Shown in pieces: positions 26,027-34,265 of a DNA stretch of 37,353 bases. The stretch is from positions 1 to 37,353 of the forward strand of contig DCVU01000079.1 of assembly GCA_002327415.1 (NCBI GenBank), in the 5' to 3' direction. Source of the stretch: Smithella sp. UBA2180 (GTDB taxonomy: Bacteria; Desulfobacterota; Syntrophia; Syntrophales; Smithellaceae). Both the position numbers and the translations under genes were made by a program. Each line of letters begins with the position of its first letter. Positions within the stretch are counted from its first letter, which is position 1. The notes under the pieces were generated by a model. The model did no database searches. It saw nothing but the letters and a program-made list of their open reading frames with translations, and was not told the DNA's origin.

Positions 26027-27636
26027 TCAATCATCCCCCTCAATTCCAGAAGCTCGCGCACGATGCCGTGCTGCACCTTGGCAAGGTCTGAGTCTACCGC
26101 ATCGCCAACCTCTTCTTGAATCAGTCGATCCAGAATCACACTCGGTGGGTCGTAAGGCACTTCCTCGAACACGTCTTTCTTATAGCGGGAGAGCGAGAGG
26201 TCATAATTGCTTTCGTCGCTGGCGATATCGGCGCGAGGCACGAAAAAGCACTTCTGTGTGCGGTCGGTTTCGGTTTCGGTATTGCGGGCGTGGTACTTGG
26301 CAACGATATCCTGTAAATCACCATAGCCTTCCTGCTTGGTGCGCTTGTCGTCCAGCGAATAGCCATCGGCCTGCATTTCGTAGAACCAGACATTTTCTGT
26401 TTCACCACCTTTGGTAAAGATCAAAATGGCGGTGCTGACGCCTGCGTAAGGTTTAAATACTCCGCTGGGCATGGTTATGACGGCTTTAAGTTCGCATTTA
26501 TCGACTAATATTTTTCTTGCTTCAACAAAGGCTTTTCCGCTACCAAACAAAACACCCTGCGGCACAATCATACCTGCCGTGCCACCCATTTTGAGCAGAT
26601 TGTAAATTTGTTCTACAAAAAGTAATTCAGTTTTAGTGGTTGCTAATTTGAGCGATTCGTTGATATCGCCCTTGTCAATGCTACCGGTAAACGGTGGGTT
26701 GGCCATAATAATGTTGTATTGGTTCGACTCAGTAAAGCTTTTGCTCAATGTGTCTTTGTAATCAATGTGCGGCGTGTCTACACCGTGCATCATCAAGTTC
26801 ATCAGCCCCAAACGAACCATGGTTACATCAATGTCATAACCATGAAGGCTATCATTGAGAATGTCGCTGACTTTTTTATTCAACCGGCCACTTACTGAAT
26901 CACGAATAAAGCCATCTTCATCAGGTTGTAAGTTCTTTTTCTTGTCTTTATCCAAATTGCTCACCATGTATTGGTAAGCACCAAGCAAAAATCCGCCAGT
27001 ACCGCAGGCAGGGTCAGCAATCCGGTTGCCCAGTTGCGGCGCCACCAGTTCTGTAATGAGCTTGATGATATGCCGCGGCGTTCTGAACTGCCCGTTTTTA
27101 CCGGCTGTGGCGATTTCAGAAAGCAACATTTCATAAACATCTCCTTGAATATCCTGAAATGCATGCCCTCCTTCGTTGGCATCTTTTTCAATCTCCGCGA
27201 ATATCTCTTCGATGGTGGACATTGCTTCTACCAACAAAGCGGGTTTGGGGATAATAAATACCGCATCTTTCATGTAACGCGTGAATGGCGATTCGTTTCC
27301 ATTGAGTATTTTCAAAAAGGGGAATACTTTCGTTTGCACGTGGATAAGCATTTCCTCAGCCGCCATGCGTTTAAAATGGCTCCAGCGCAAGGTTTGTTTG
27401 TTCACTTTCTGGTTGGTTCCTGGAAGCGTAAACTCTCCATCAAACTTGGAGGTATACTTTTCGCTTGTAAATTTGGCATCTGCTTTGTTCTTGAGGTCAA
27501 GATCATCCAATCGCTTCATAAATAGCAGGTAGGTAATCTGTTCAATAGCAGTGAGCGGATTGGAAATGCCGCCGCTCCAGAATTTGTTCCAGAGTTGATC
27601 GATTTTACTTTTAAGTGCTGAGTTGTTTTGTAGCAT
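26023..27636 (-). CDS. hsdM: Type I restriction-modification N6-adenine DNA methyltransferase HsdM
   Basis: 537 aa. Has the HsdM N-terminal domain (LWNKFWSGGISNPLTAIEQITYLLFMKRL), AdoMet motif I IADPACGTGGFLL and catalytic motif IV NPPF. Confidence 0.9.
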   Translation of the reverse strand: MLQNNSALKSKIDQLWNKFWSGGISNPLTAIEQITYLLFMKRLDDLDLKNKADAKFTSEKYTSKFDGEFTLPGTNQKVNKQTLRWSHFKRMAAEEMLIHVQTKVFPFLKILNGNESPFTRYMKDAVFIIPKPALLVEAMSTIEEIFAEIEKDANEGGHAFQDIQGDVYEMLLSEIATAGKNGQFRTPRHIIKLITELVAPQLGNRIADPACGTGGFLLGAYQYMVSNLDKDKKKNLQPDEDGFIRDSVSGRLNKKVSDILNDSLHGYDIDVTMVRLGLMNLMMHGVDTPHIDYKDTLSKSFTESNQYNIIMANPPFTGSIDKGDINESLKLATTKTELLFVEQIYNLLKMGGTAGMIVPQGVLFGSGKAFVEARKILVDKCELKAVITMPSGVFKPYAGVSTAILIFTKGGETENVWFYEMQADGYSLDDKRTKQEGYGDLQDIVAKYHARNTETETDRTQKCFFVPRADIASDESNYDLSLSRYKKDVFEEVPYDPPSVILDRLIQEEVGDAVDSDLAKVQHGIVRELLELRGMIE

Positions 27637-27637
27637 A

Positions 27638-30511
27638 TTATGCTGCCAACCTTTCTGTTAATTCTAAGATTTCATTTATTTCTGTCGTGGTAAACAAACC
27701 ACGGATTCCATCTGGATGTAATATCGTAAAGGGTGATTCAATCAGATCACGCTTTTGCACAGTCTCTTTTTGCAGAATGAATTCTTTAAGTAAATTTAGG
27801 AAATCCAGTTGCCGCGAACTCAGATTCGTATGATTTTGAATAAATTGTTCAAAGGACTTGCTAACTGTATCGGGGAAACTTTCTAATATTTCGAGGCCTA
27901 AAATATGTTTGATAAACTGAATGAATTTTGCCTTTCGGTTTTTATAAACATTTTTAAGCAAATCTTCGGTAATGTGTGGATGTGCATCGTGCAACAGGGT
28001 AGCAAGTTCCTCTGCCTCTGTTTCGGTAATCGCTTCTCCTGCTTTGATTTTTTGCAAAGTTGGATTACTCTCCGTCAACTCCAGAATTAATTTCTCTACC
28101 ATCTCACGATATTGAGAAACACTCACCGCCGAGTGTTCCGGCCCAAATTCCACCATTTCTTTTGTTTTCAGCAAATCGGTAAAATCAAACTGAGCAGGAC
28201 CCAGAGATTGAACATCACCATCGCGATATTTCATTAGGTGAGATAATTTTTCGGCAAGTTCATCAAAGGTGTCGTCAGTTGCCTTTGCCCAGTAATGATT
28301 AGTTTGGGCAAGCTTAATAGTCGCTTCTTCCTTGGCAACTACATTTACTGAAAGCGGTAGCTCACCTATTATTTCGACGATATTATCTTTTAAGGTCTCA
28401 TATTTTGCTTTTTCATTGGCCAACTTCGCCAAAGAGGTTTCCAATAGATCCTTCTGAAAACGCATTGACTTAAAATCAGTTTGTGAAACGGTTCTAAAAA
28501 GCGGTTTTATGGCGGCACTTAAAAATTCAATTTTTTCATGCGTTAATTTTGTCCAGAAATTTTCATCTTTGATCTTTTGTAATTCTACGGCTGATTCCTG
28601 AATGACAACTGAGTTCTGCGGCAGTTCCTGAATCTGCTGGCGCAGCTTAATAATTTCTTTTCCTGCAATAGCCTCGTTGTGCATATCGATTGCCTTTTTA
28701 ATTTTGTCAAGCCTGATTCCAAAAAAGCGCACCGGAAGCGGAATTTGCACAGTAGTTTCTTTGCCTTTGGGATTGAGTTTATAATATTCAAAATTATCCC
28801 AACAATCCAGAATGAGAAATTTGTCTTTCTGGGTGCACCAGGGTTTTATTTTATGCGACTCTAAAAGGCGTGTGCCACGGCCAATCATCTGCCAGAACTT
28901 GGTGTAGGAATAAACGGGTTTGGCAAAGACCAGATTTACAATTTCTCGAATATCAATACCGGTATCGAGCATATCGACGCTAAGAGCAATGCGCGGCAGA
29001 TCATTATTTTTAAATTGCGCCAAGAGCCCGCTCTTTCCATAAACGCGTGAATCTTCCGATACCATGACTTTCGCCAGTTCACCTTTATATTCAGGATAAA
29101 GTTTATCAAAAATGCCTTCTATTCTTCGCGCATGAGATATCGTGGAACAGAAAAATATTGTTTTACCGGGAAGTACACCATTTGTATCTTTTATGGATTC
29201 CTCCATGAACTCTTTGACAATAAGCGCATTGGTGCCTTTATTAGTGACGGTCTTTTCAATCTCGGTGCCTTCAAAATTGATCTCTTCTACTTCTTTACCC
29301 TCAAGGATCAATCGCTTTTGATCTTCCAGAGATATTGTTCGTTTACTGATACCTTCATCCTGAAATTTGGTGTGTATCTTCATCACTTGAAAATGGCACA
29401 AATAGGGAGGAATGTTATTAACCGCTTCCTCATACGTATAGGCAAACGTCGGCAGGCCGTCATCACAATTAAAAAGTTTAAACGTGTTGTGGTCAATCAT
29501 ATCTGTTGGTGTTGCGGTTAGTCCGAGACTAATAGCTTTGAAATAATCAAGCACTTCGCCGTAAGTATTATAAATAGAGCGATGACTTTCATCAATCACG
29601 ATCAAATCGAAGAAATGGGGTGAAAGGGCGTTTTCTTCATCTCTAATAATATTGAGCATGGTTGGATATGTTGAAACGTAGATACGGCGATCTTTGGCAA
29701 TAAGCTTTTCACCCTCCTTAGGCCAGCGTGGTTCATTGGGTAAATGTTCTTTAAAAGCCGCTAGTGCTTGTTCTCGTAAAGCGATTCTATCCACTAGAAA
29801 TAACACTCGTTCTGCATGGCCCGCACGCATGAGTGCATCAACAAGGGCTATACAGACTCGTGTTTTCCCTGTTCCGGTAGCCATTACCAGAAGAAAATTG
29901 CGTTGTTTCTTTTCAATGCCTTCCATAACCGCGCGGATTGCACGAATCTGATAATCTCTTCCGGCAATTTGTGTATTGATGAGTTCGTCAGCCAGTTGTT
30001 TTCTGTGTTCGCGAATATATTGAAAACGCTCTAAATCATCGCGGGTGGGATAGCCGAATACTTTTCGGGGCGGGTAATTTTCTAAATCCCAGAAATAAAT
30101 CTCAAGACCGTTTGTATAAAAACAGAAAGGGAGTTTATCACCATTTTGTTTTTGAATGTTATAACAATACTGCTTCGCCTGTTCTCTGCCTATTGCAGCA
30201 TCCTTGGAAGTCTTTTTAGCTTCAACAACAGCCAGCGGTTTTGCGTCTCTTCCTAATAGAACATAATCGCTGAATTGGTGGCCTTCATAAGGCGTGCGGG
30301 GTTCAGAAATACCTTCCGGCAAGGGAACAGAGATATCAAATTCTTGCGAAACATGGCTCAGACTATTAACATCCCAACCAGCAGCTTTGAGTTTTTGATC
30401 GATTAGTTCTTTTCGGGTTTCTGCTTCGCTCTTCACATTGCCTCGGTATTCCCCTCTTACGCCCAGCACTGATGCTGCGCGCTCTCGGATCGCGGGAATT
30501 TGGTACATCAT
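27638..30511 (-). CDS. hsdR: Type I restriction enzyme R subunit HsdR (nuclease + SF2 translocase + EcoEI-R-type C-terminal domain)
   Basis: 957 aa. N-terminal SEAETRKELIDQKL and PD-(D/E)xK-like DYVLL...VVEAKK. Helicase motif I MATGTGKT, motif II VIDESHR, and later TGIDI. The C-terminal helical region resembles the EcoEI R C-terminal domain. The stop is 1 nt from the hsdM start. Confidence 0.9.
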   Translation of the reverse strand: MMYQIPAIRERAASVLGVRGEYRGNVKSEAETRKELIDQKLKAAGWDVNSLSHVSQEFDISVPLPEGISEPRTPYEGHQFSDYVLLGRDAKPLAVVEAKKTSKDAAIGREQAKQYCYNIQKQNGDKLPFCFYTNGLEIYFWDLENYPPRKVFGYPTRDDLERFQYIREHRKQLADELINTQIAGRDYQIRAIRAVMEGIEKKQRNFLLVMATGTGKTRVCIALVDALMRAGHAERVLFLVDRIALREQALAAFKEHLPNEPRWPKEGEKLIAKDRRIYVSTYPTMLNIIRDEENALSPHFFDLIVIDESHRSIYNTYGEVLDYFKAISLGLTATPTDMIDHNTFKLFNCDDGLPTFAYTYEEAVNNIPPYLCHFQVMKIHTKFQDEGISKRTISLEDQKRLILEGKEVEEINFEGTEIEKTVTNKGTNALIVKEFMEESIKDTNGVLPGKTIFFCSTISHARRIEGIFDKLYPEYKGELAKVMVSEDSRVYGKSGLLAQFKNNDLPRIALSVDMLDTGIDIREIVNLVFAKPVYSYTKFWQMIGRGTRLLESHKIKPWCTQKDKFLILDCWDNFEYYKLNPKGKETTVQIPLPVRFFGIRLDKIKKAIDMHNEAIAGKEIIKLRQQIQELPQNSVVIQESAVELQKIKDENFWTKLTHEKIEFLSAAIKPLFRTVSQTDFKSMRFQKDLLETSLAKLANEKAKYETLKDNIVEIIGELPLSVNVVAKEEATIKLAQTNHYWAKATDDTFDELAEKLSHLMKYRDGDVQSLGPAQFDFTDLLKTKEMVEFGPEHSAVSVSQYREMVEKLILELTESNPTLQKIKAGEAITETEAEELATLLHDAHPHITEDLLKNVYKNRKAKFIQFIKHILGLEILESFPDTVSKSFEQFIQNHTNLSSRQLDFLNLLKEFILQKETVQKRDLIESPFTILHPDGIRGLFTTTEINEILELTERLAA

Positions 30512-30703
30512 TTTTTATCGCGTCGCCCTGTTTTGTTCTTAGGGAACTACTTCGGGACTTTATGCAATGACAATGCATCTAAATATAAATACTAAGCTAA
30601 ACTATTGTTTCTGACATATAATCTCTTAACATTTATTTTACAACATTTTTTCATCTTTCCGTATGAAACGTTGTCACAATTTATGTTATAGAAATAACCG
30701 TTG

Positions 30704-31393
30704 CTAATTCCTTATAGAATTTAAAAAGGTGTAGATCTTTTCTGAAGCTCCTTTTACGATTTTAATCAGATCTTTCTTCCATTTTTCAGACATGCTCAAA
30801 TATATTTCCCGCATCTTATTTTTTTGGCTTTCTTGATCTAAAAGATATTCGCCGAGTTGCCGGGCAGTTTCAATATCCTTCTCCCGTTTAAATGGTTTCT
30901 TGCGCCTGTTGCTTACTATGAACTTGTGCAAAACATATGCGGCTGGCTCCGGCACGTCGATTGAAACACCTTTGTAAGAAATTTTCATTGTGTGATTTTG
31001 CATAAGATCCAGATATCTCAATCCCTGGGCATTTATGTGGAGCTTATCAATTTTGTATGGTTTGCCTCTACCTCTGCCCCTTTCAGGTGTTAGAAATTCA
31101 ACTTCAAGATCAGGATGGACATACTTCTCGTAACCGTCAAGCAGCGATACTTTTCTGTCAAAGCCCAATTTTTCCAAGAGCAAGGAGACATCAACATCTT
31201 TATGTATGAGTGGAGGATTGGGTACCATGAGATCCAGATCGGCTGTTCGTTGCATGGAAATTTCCACCGGATTGCCAAAGTATTCCTTATAAACGAGAGG
31301 ACACCAGCCTCCTATTAGAATAATGTCCCGGAGAACCTCTTCCTTGTCGAGCTTTATCAATATGGTTAAAAATAAATCATTTTCTTTTTCCAC
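30704..31393 (-). CDS. Nucleotidyltransferase-fold protein (AbiEii/MNT-like; candidate toxin or effector)
   Basis: 229 aa, GTG start. Has the minimal NTase signature IGGWCPLVY...RTADLDLMVP (GG...DxD), then a helical C-terminal domain. Overlaps the upstream small ORF by 17 nt. Confidence 0.6.
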   Translation of the reverse strand: MEKENDLFLTILIKLDKEEVLRDIILIGGWCPLVYKEYFGNPVEISMQRTADLDLMVPNPPLIHKDVDVSLLLEKLGFDRKVSLLDGYEKYVHPDLEVEFLTPERGRGRGKPYKIDKLHINAQGLRYLDLMQNHTMKISYKGVSIDVPEPAAYVLHKFIVSNRRKKPFKREKDIETARQLGEYLLDQESQKNKMREIYLSMSEKWKKDLIKIVKGASEKIYTFLNSIRN

Positions 31394-31691
31394 GGAGAGA
31401 CCTTTTTATTTCCTTGAGATTTTCCTTCACCTGACGCAGTTTTGCCTGATATTCTTTTCTTTGTCGCATACGTTCACTAAGAGCATCCTGCACTTCGGGG
31501 ATATCTTTTCCAACATAGTCAAAAATTACCTTTTTATCTTCACGATGTGCCAGATAGATATATCGCCTTCCGCCTCTCTCCTTCACCGATATCGATCCGC
31601 GAGGAGCTTTTGAGATTTTTTCTTTATAGAAAACAGAAAGTTCTTCCAGTCTTTTGAGTTCTTCTTCTAATATGCCTTTTATGATGCTCAT
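31377..31691 (-). CDS. Small basic coiled-coil protein, candidate antitoxin/autoregulator of the NTase gene
   Basis: 104 aa, charged and helical (EELKRLEE...RMRQRKEYQAKLRQVKENLKEIKRSLRGKRK) with a central GSISVKERGGRRYIYLAHRE segment. Lies directly behind a promoter studded with repeated operator-like motifs. Confidence 0.6.
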   Translation of the reverse strand: MSIIKGILEEELKRLEELSVFYKEKISKAPRGSISVKERGGRRYIYLAHREDKKVIFDYVGKDIPEVQDALSERMRQRKEYQAKLRQVKENLKEIKRSLRGKRK

Positions 31692-31700
31692 ATCAAACCT

Positions 31701-31800
31701 TTGCCTAACAATGTTGCCTAATTATAAATATTGTTAGGCAACAAGTCAACAAAAATATTGCCTAACAATTTATTGTTATTAGTGTAATTGTTAGGCAATT
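31701..31800 (-). promoter_or_regulatory. Promoter with an array of 12-bp operator-like motifs (TTGCCTAACAAT) in both orientations
   Basis: Motif copies at 31701-31712, 31714-31721 (partial), 31729-31741 (inverted), 31758-31769 and 31788-31799 (inverted). On the minus strand: -35 TTGACT (31744-31749), a 17-nt spacer containing one motif, -10 TATAAT (31721-31726). Two more motifs lie between the -10 and the ATG at 31691. Confidence 0.65.
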
Positions 31801-32029
31801 GAGTGCGGATTATATGTCGGGAGAATACAGCGGCCTTGATCTTTCAAGAAAATATCTTTCAAGAAAAGTTTTAAATTTTTTTTAAATATGTTAGTACATT
31901 CATTATTCTTAACCATAATGTTTTGCGTTAAATGCTACAAGATTCAAGTTATTGATTTGCCGGTATTTTAATAAATAGATTGCCACGACGCGCAAGGCGC
32001 ATCTCGCAATGACAAATGAAGGAGACTTT

Positions 32030-34087
32030 ATGTCTGACAAAAACGAGTTAGAAAAAAAATGCATTGATACTATTCGTTTTCTGGCTGCAGATGCCATTGA
32101 AAAAGCCAAATCCGGGCATCCGGGTATGCCGCTGGGCGCCGCCGCCGCCGCTTTTACTTTGTGGACCAGACACCTGAAACATAACCCGAAAAATCCTCAA
32201 TGGCCGGATCGAGACCGCTTTGTTCTTTCTTCCGGCCACGCGTCCATGCTTTTATATTCTCTGCTGCATCTTACCGGCTATGCTCTGTCGCTCGACGATA
32301 TTAAAAATTTCCGCCAATGGGGCAGCCGCACACCGGGACATCCCGAATACAAACACACTCCCGGCGTGGAAGTAACCACCGGCCCACTGGGTCAGGGATT
32401 GGCCAACGCCGTGGGCATGGCCATTGCCGAAGCGCATCTGGCGGCGCGTTTCAATCGCGATGGCGCGAAATTGGTTGATCATTTCACATATGTCATGGCC
32501 GGAGACGGCGACATGATGGAAGGCGTTACTGCTGAGGCCTGTTCTCTGGCCGGACATCTGCGCCTGGGAAAACTGATCGTCCTTTATGATGACAATAGAG
32601 TCACGCTGGCCGGTTCCGCCGCGCTTTCCTGCACGGAAAATATTGAACTTCGTTTCAAAGCTTACGGCTGGCAGGTGCAAAAAGTTGCCGACGGCAACGA
32701 TGTTGCCGCCGTTGACCGGGCAATCAAGAAAGCCAGGCGCGAAACCGAAAAACCATCGCTTATCTGCGTGCAATCGACAATCGGCTATGGCGCGCCCGGC
32801 AAACAGGGATCCTGTGACGCACACGGCTCGCCTCTGGGAGAAAAAGAACTGCGAGGCGCGAAAGACAATTGCGGCTGGCCGGTCGAAGAACCCTTCCGCG
32901 TTCCCGAGGATGTTCAAAAATATTTCCGCAAAGCGCTTTCACGCGGTAAAAAATCGGAGAAACAATGGCAGGACCATTTAGATAACTGCAAACAAAAAGA
33001 TCCGGCAATTACGGCGGAGTTTGAACGAATCACACGCGGCGAATTACCCGAAAATTGGGAATCAGCCTTGAGCAAATTCCCCAACGGGTCAAAAGATGTG
33101 GCGACGCGCAAAGCGGGAGAAATAGTCATGCAGGCTATCGCCGCTAAAGTTCCCGAACTTGCCGGCGGTTCGGCTGATCTTAATCCTTCGACATTTACCT
33201 GGCTAAAAGGCATGGGGGATTTTCAAAGTCCTGCTTTTTCCGTGGAAGGTTTGCACGGTATGGTTGGCGGCCCGTGGGGATACGAAGGACGCAACATTCA
33301 TTTCGGGGTTCGCGAACATGCGATGGGCTCGATTGCCGTTGGCATGGCTCTGCATGGCGGCATTATTCCCTACACGGCAACATTCCTGCCCTTTGCCGAT
33401 TACATGCGCCCGCCGATGCGTCTGGCCGCGCTGATGGGTGTGCGCGCTGTCTTTGTTTTCACGCACGACAGCATCGGCGTGGGAGAAGACGGTCCCACAC
33501 ATCAACCCATTGAACAGATCATGAATCTGCGCCAGGTGCCTAACATGACGGTCATCCGTCCCGCTGACGCCAACGAAACACTGGAGGCCTGGCGTCTGGC
33601 CCTCACTAACACCAGCGGCCCCACCACCCTTGTTTTCAGCCGCCAGAATCTGCCGGTGCTGGACAGAAGCATATACAGCGCCGCATCCGGCACGCAAAAA
33701 GGCGGTTATATTCTGTGGGAATCAGCGCCAAATCCTGAATTGATTTTAATTGCCACAGGCTCGGAAGTTTCTCTTGCGCTTTCGGCTGCCCGCAGGCTCG
33801 CGGAGAACGGCACAAAGGTTAGAGTTGTCTCTCTGCCCAGCTGGGAAATATTCGACCGCCAGCCGCAGGAATATCGCGACAGCGTTTTGCCTCCCGCTGT
33901 AACTGCCCGGATTGCCGTGGAAGCTGGAATCAAACTGGGATGGGAACATTACACCGGTCTACAGGGAAAAATAATCGGCATGGAAACATTCGGCGCCAGC
34001 GCTCCGGGACCGGTTCTCTATGAAAAATTCGGTTTCACCGTCGAAAAGATTATAGCGGCAGCGGAAGAATTGCTCCATCGCTCCTAG
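32030..34087 (+). CDS. tkt: Transketolase
   Basis: 685 aa from the ATG at 32030, with SD GAAGGAG 6 nt upstream. Contains [41 protein letters not shown] and the ThDP/pyrimidine-binding blocks. Confidence 0.9.
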   Translation: MSDKNELEKKCIDTIRFLAADAIEKAKSGHPGMPLGAAAAAFTLWTRHLKHNPKNPQWPDRDRFVLSSGHASMLLYSLLHLTGYALSLDDIKNFRQWGSRTPGHPEYKHTPGVEVTTGPLGQGLANAVGMAIAEAHLAARFNRDGAKLVDHFTYVMAGDGDMMEGVTAEACSLAGHLRLGKLIVLYDDNRVTLAGSAALSCTENIELRFKAYGWQVQKVADGNDVAAVDRAIKKARRETEKPSLICVQSTIGYGAPGKQGSCDAHGSPLGEKELRGAKDNCGWPVEEPFRVPEDVQKYFRKALSRGKKSEKQWQDHLDNCKQKDPAITAEFERITRGELPENWESALSKFPNGSKDVATRKAGEIVMQAIAAKVPELAGGSADLNPSTFTWLKGMGDFQSPAFSVEGLHGMVGGPWGYEGRNIHFGVREHAMGSIAVGMALHGGIIPYTATFLPFADYMRPPMRLAALMGVRAVFVFTHDSIGVGEDGPTHQPIEQIMNLRQVPNMTVIRPADANETLEAWRLALTNTSGPTTLVFSRQNLPVLDRSIYSAASGTQKGGYILWESAPNPELILIATGSEVSLALSAARRLAENGTKVRVVSLPSWEIFDRQPQEYRDSVLPPAVTARIAVEAGIKLGWEHYTGLQGKIIGMETFGASAPGPVLYEKFGFTVEKIIAAAEELLHRS

Positions 34088-34130
34088 TGGGGTGAAAATC
34101 ACGGGTATTAAACCCGTTTATACGGGATAA

Positions 34131-34218
34131 TTTCCAACAACCAAAGGTTTTTGGATAATTCGGCTAACAAATTTCATTGCGCTGCGCTTATAAAATTTGA
34201 GTCTCATTACAACTAACG
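34131..34218 (+). repeat. Repeat family 3, copy 2: two-hairpin element with a conserved 3' tail
   Basis: Hairpin CCAACAACC-AAA-GGTTTTTGG, hairpin CAAATTT-(18 nt)-AAATTTG, and tail TTTGAGTCTCATTACAACTAACG identical over 23 nt to 11742-11764. Confidence 0.7.
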
Positions 34219-34265
34219 TTTCCTATAGTCATCGATTCTCATTATAATTGGAGGTTCAACAATAA

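Noticed and set aside
26971-27525. 184-aa ORF antisense to hsdM
   Set aside because: It is a shadow ORF. hsdM on the minus strand has the NPPF and AdoMet motifs and is in tight operon context.
30562-30578. Apparent palindrome ATGCAATGACAATGCAT in the hsdR leader
   Set aside because: On checking, only the outer 5 bp (ATGCA/TGCAT) are complementary. The rest is a short direct repeat, which is not convincing as an operator.
21397-31800. Integrated mobile element (prophage, ICE or transposon) carrying the defence genes
   Set aside because: I found no integrase, transposase, terminal inverted repeats or flanking direct repeats by eye. The nearest tRNA (7298-7384) is 14 kb away. I therefore call it only a defence island.
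32252-32917. 221-aa ORF antisense to tkt, and further antisense ORFs up to 33949
   Set aside because: These are shadow ORFs inside transketolase, with no start context and no recognisable domains.
34101-34126. Alternative-hairpin (attenuator-like) arrangement ACGGGT / ACCCGT / ACGGG after tkt
   Set aside because: The stems are only 5-6 bp, there is no leader peptide and no U-tract. It is noted under the repeat family 3 finding but is too weak to call as a regulatory feature.
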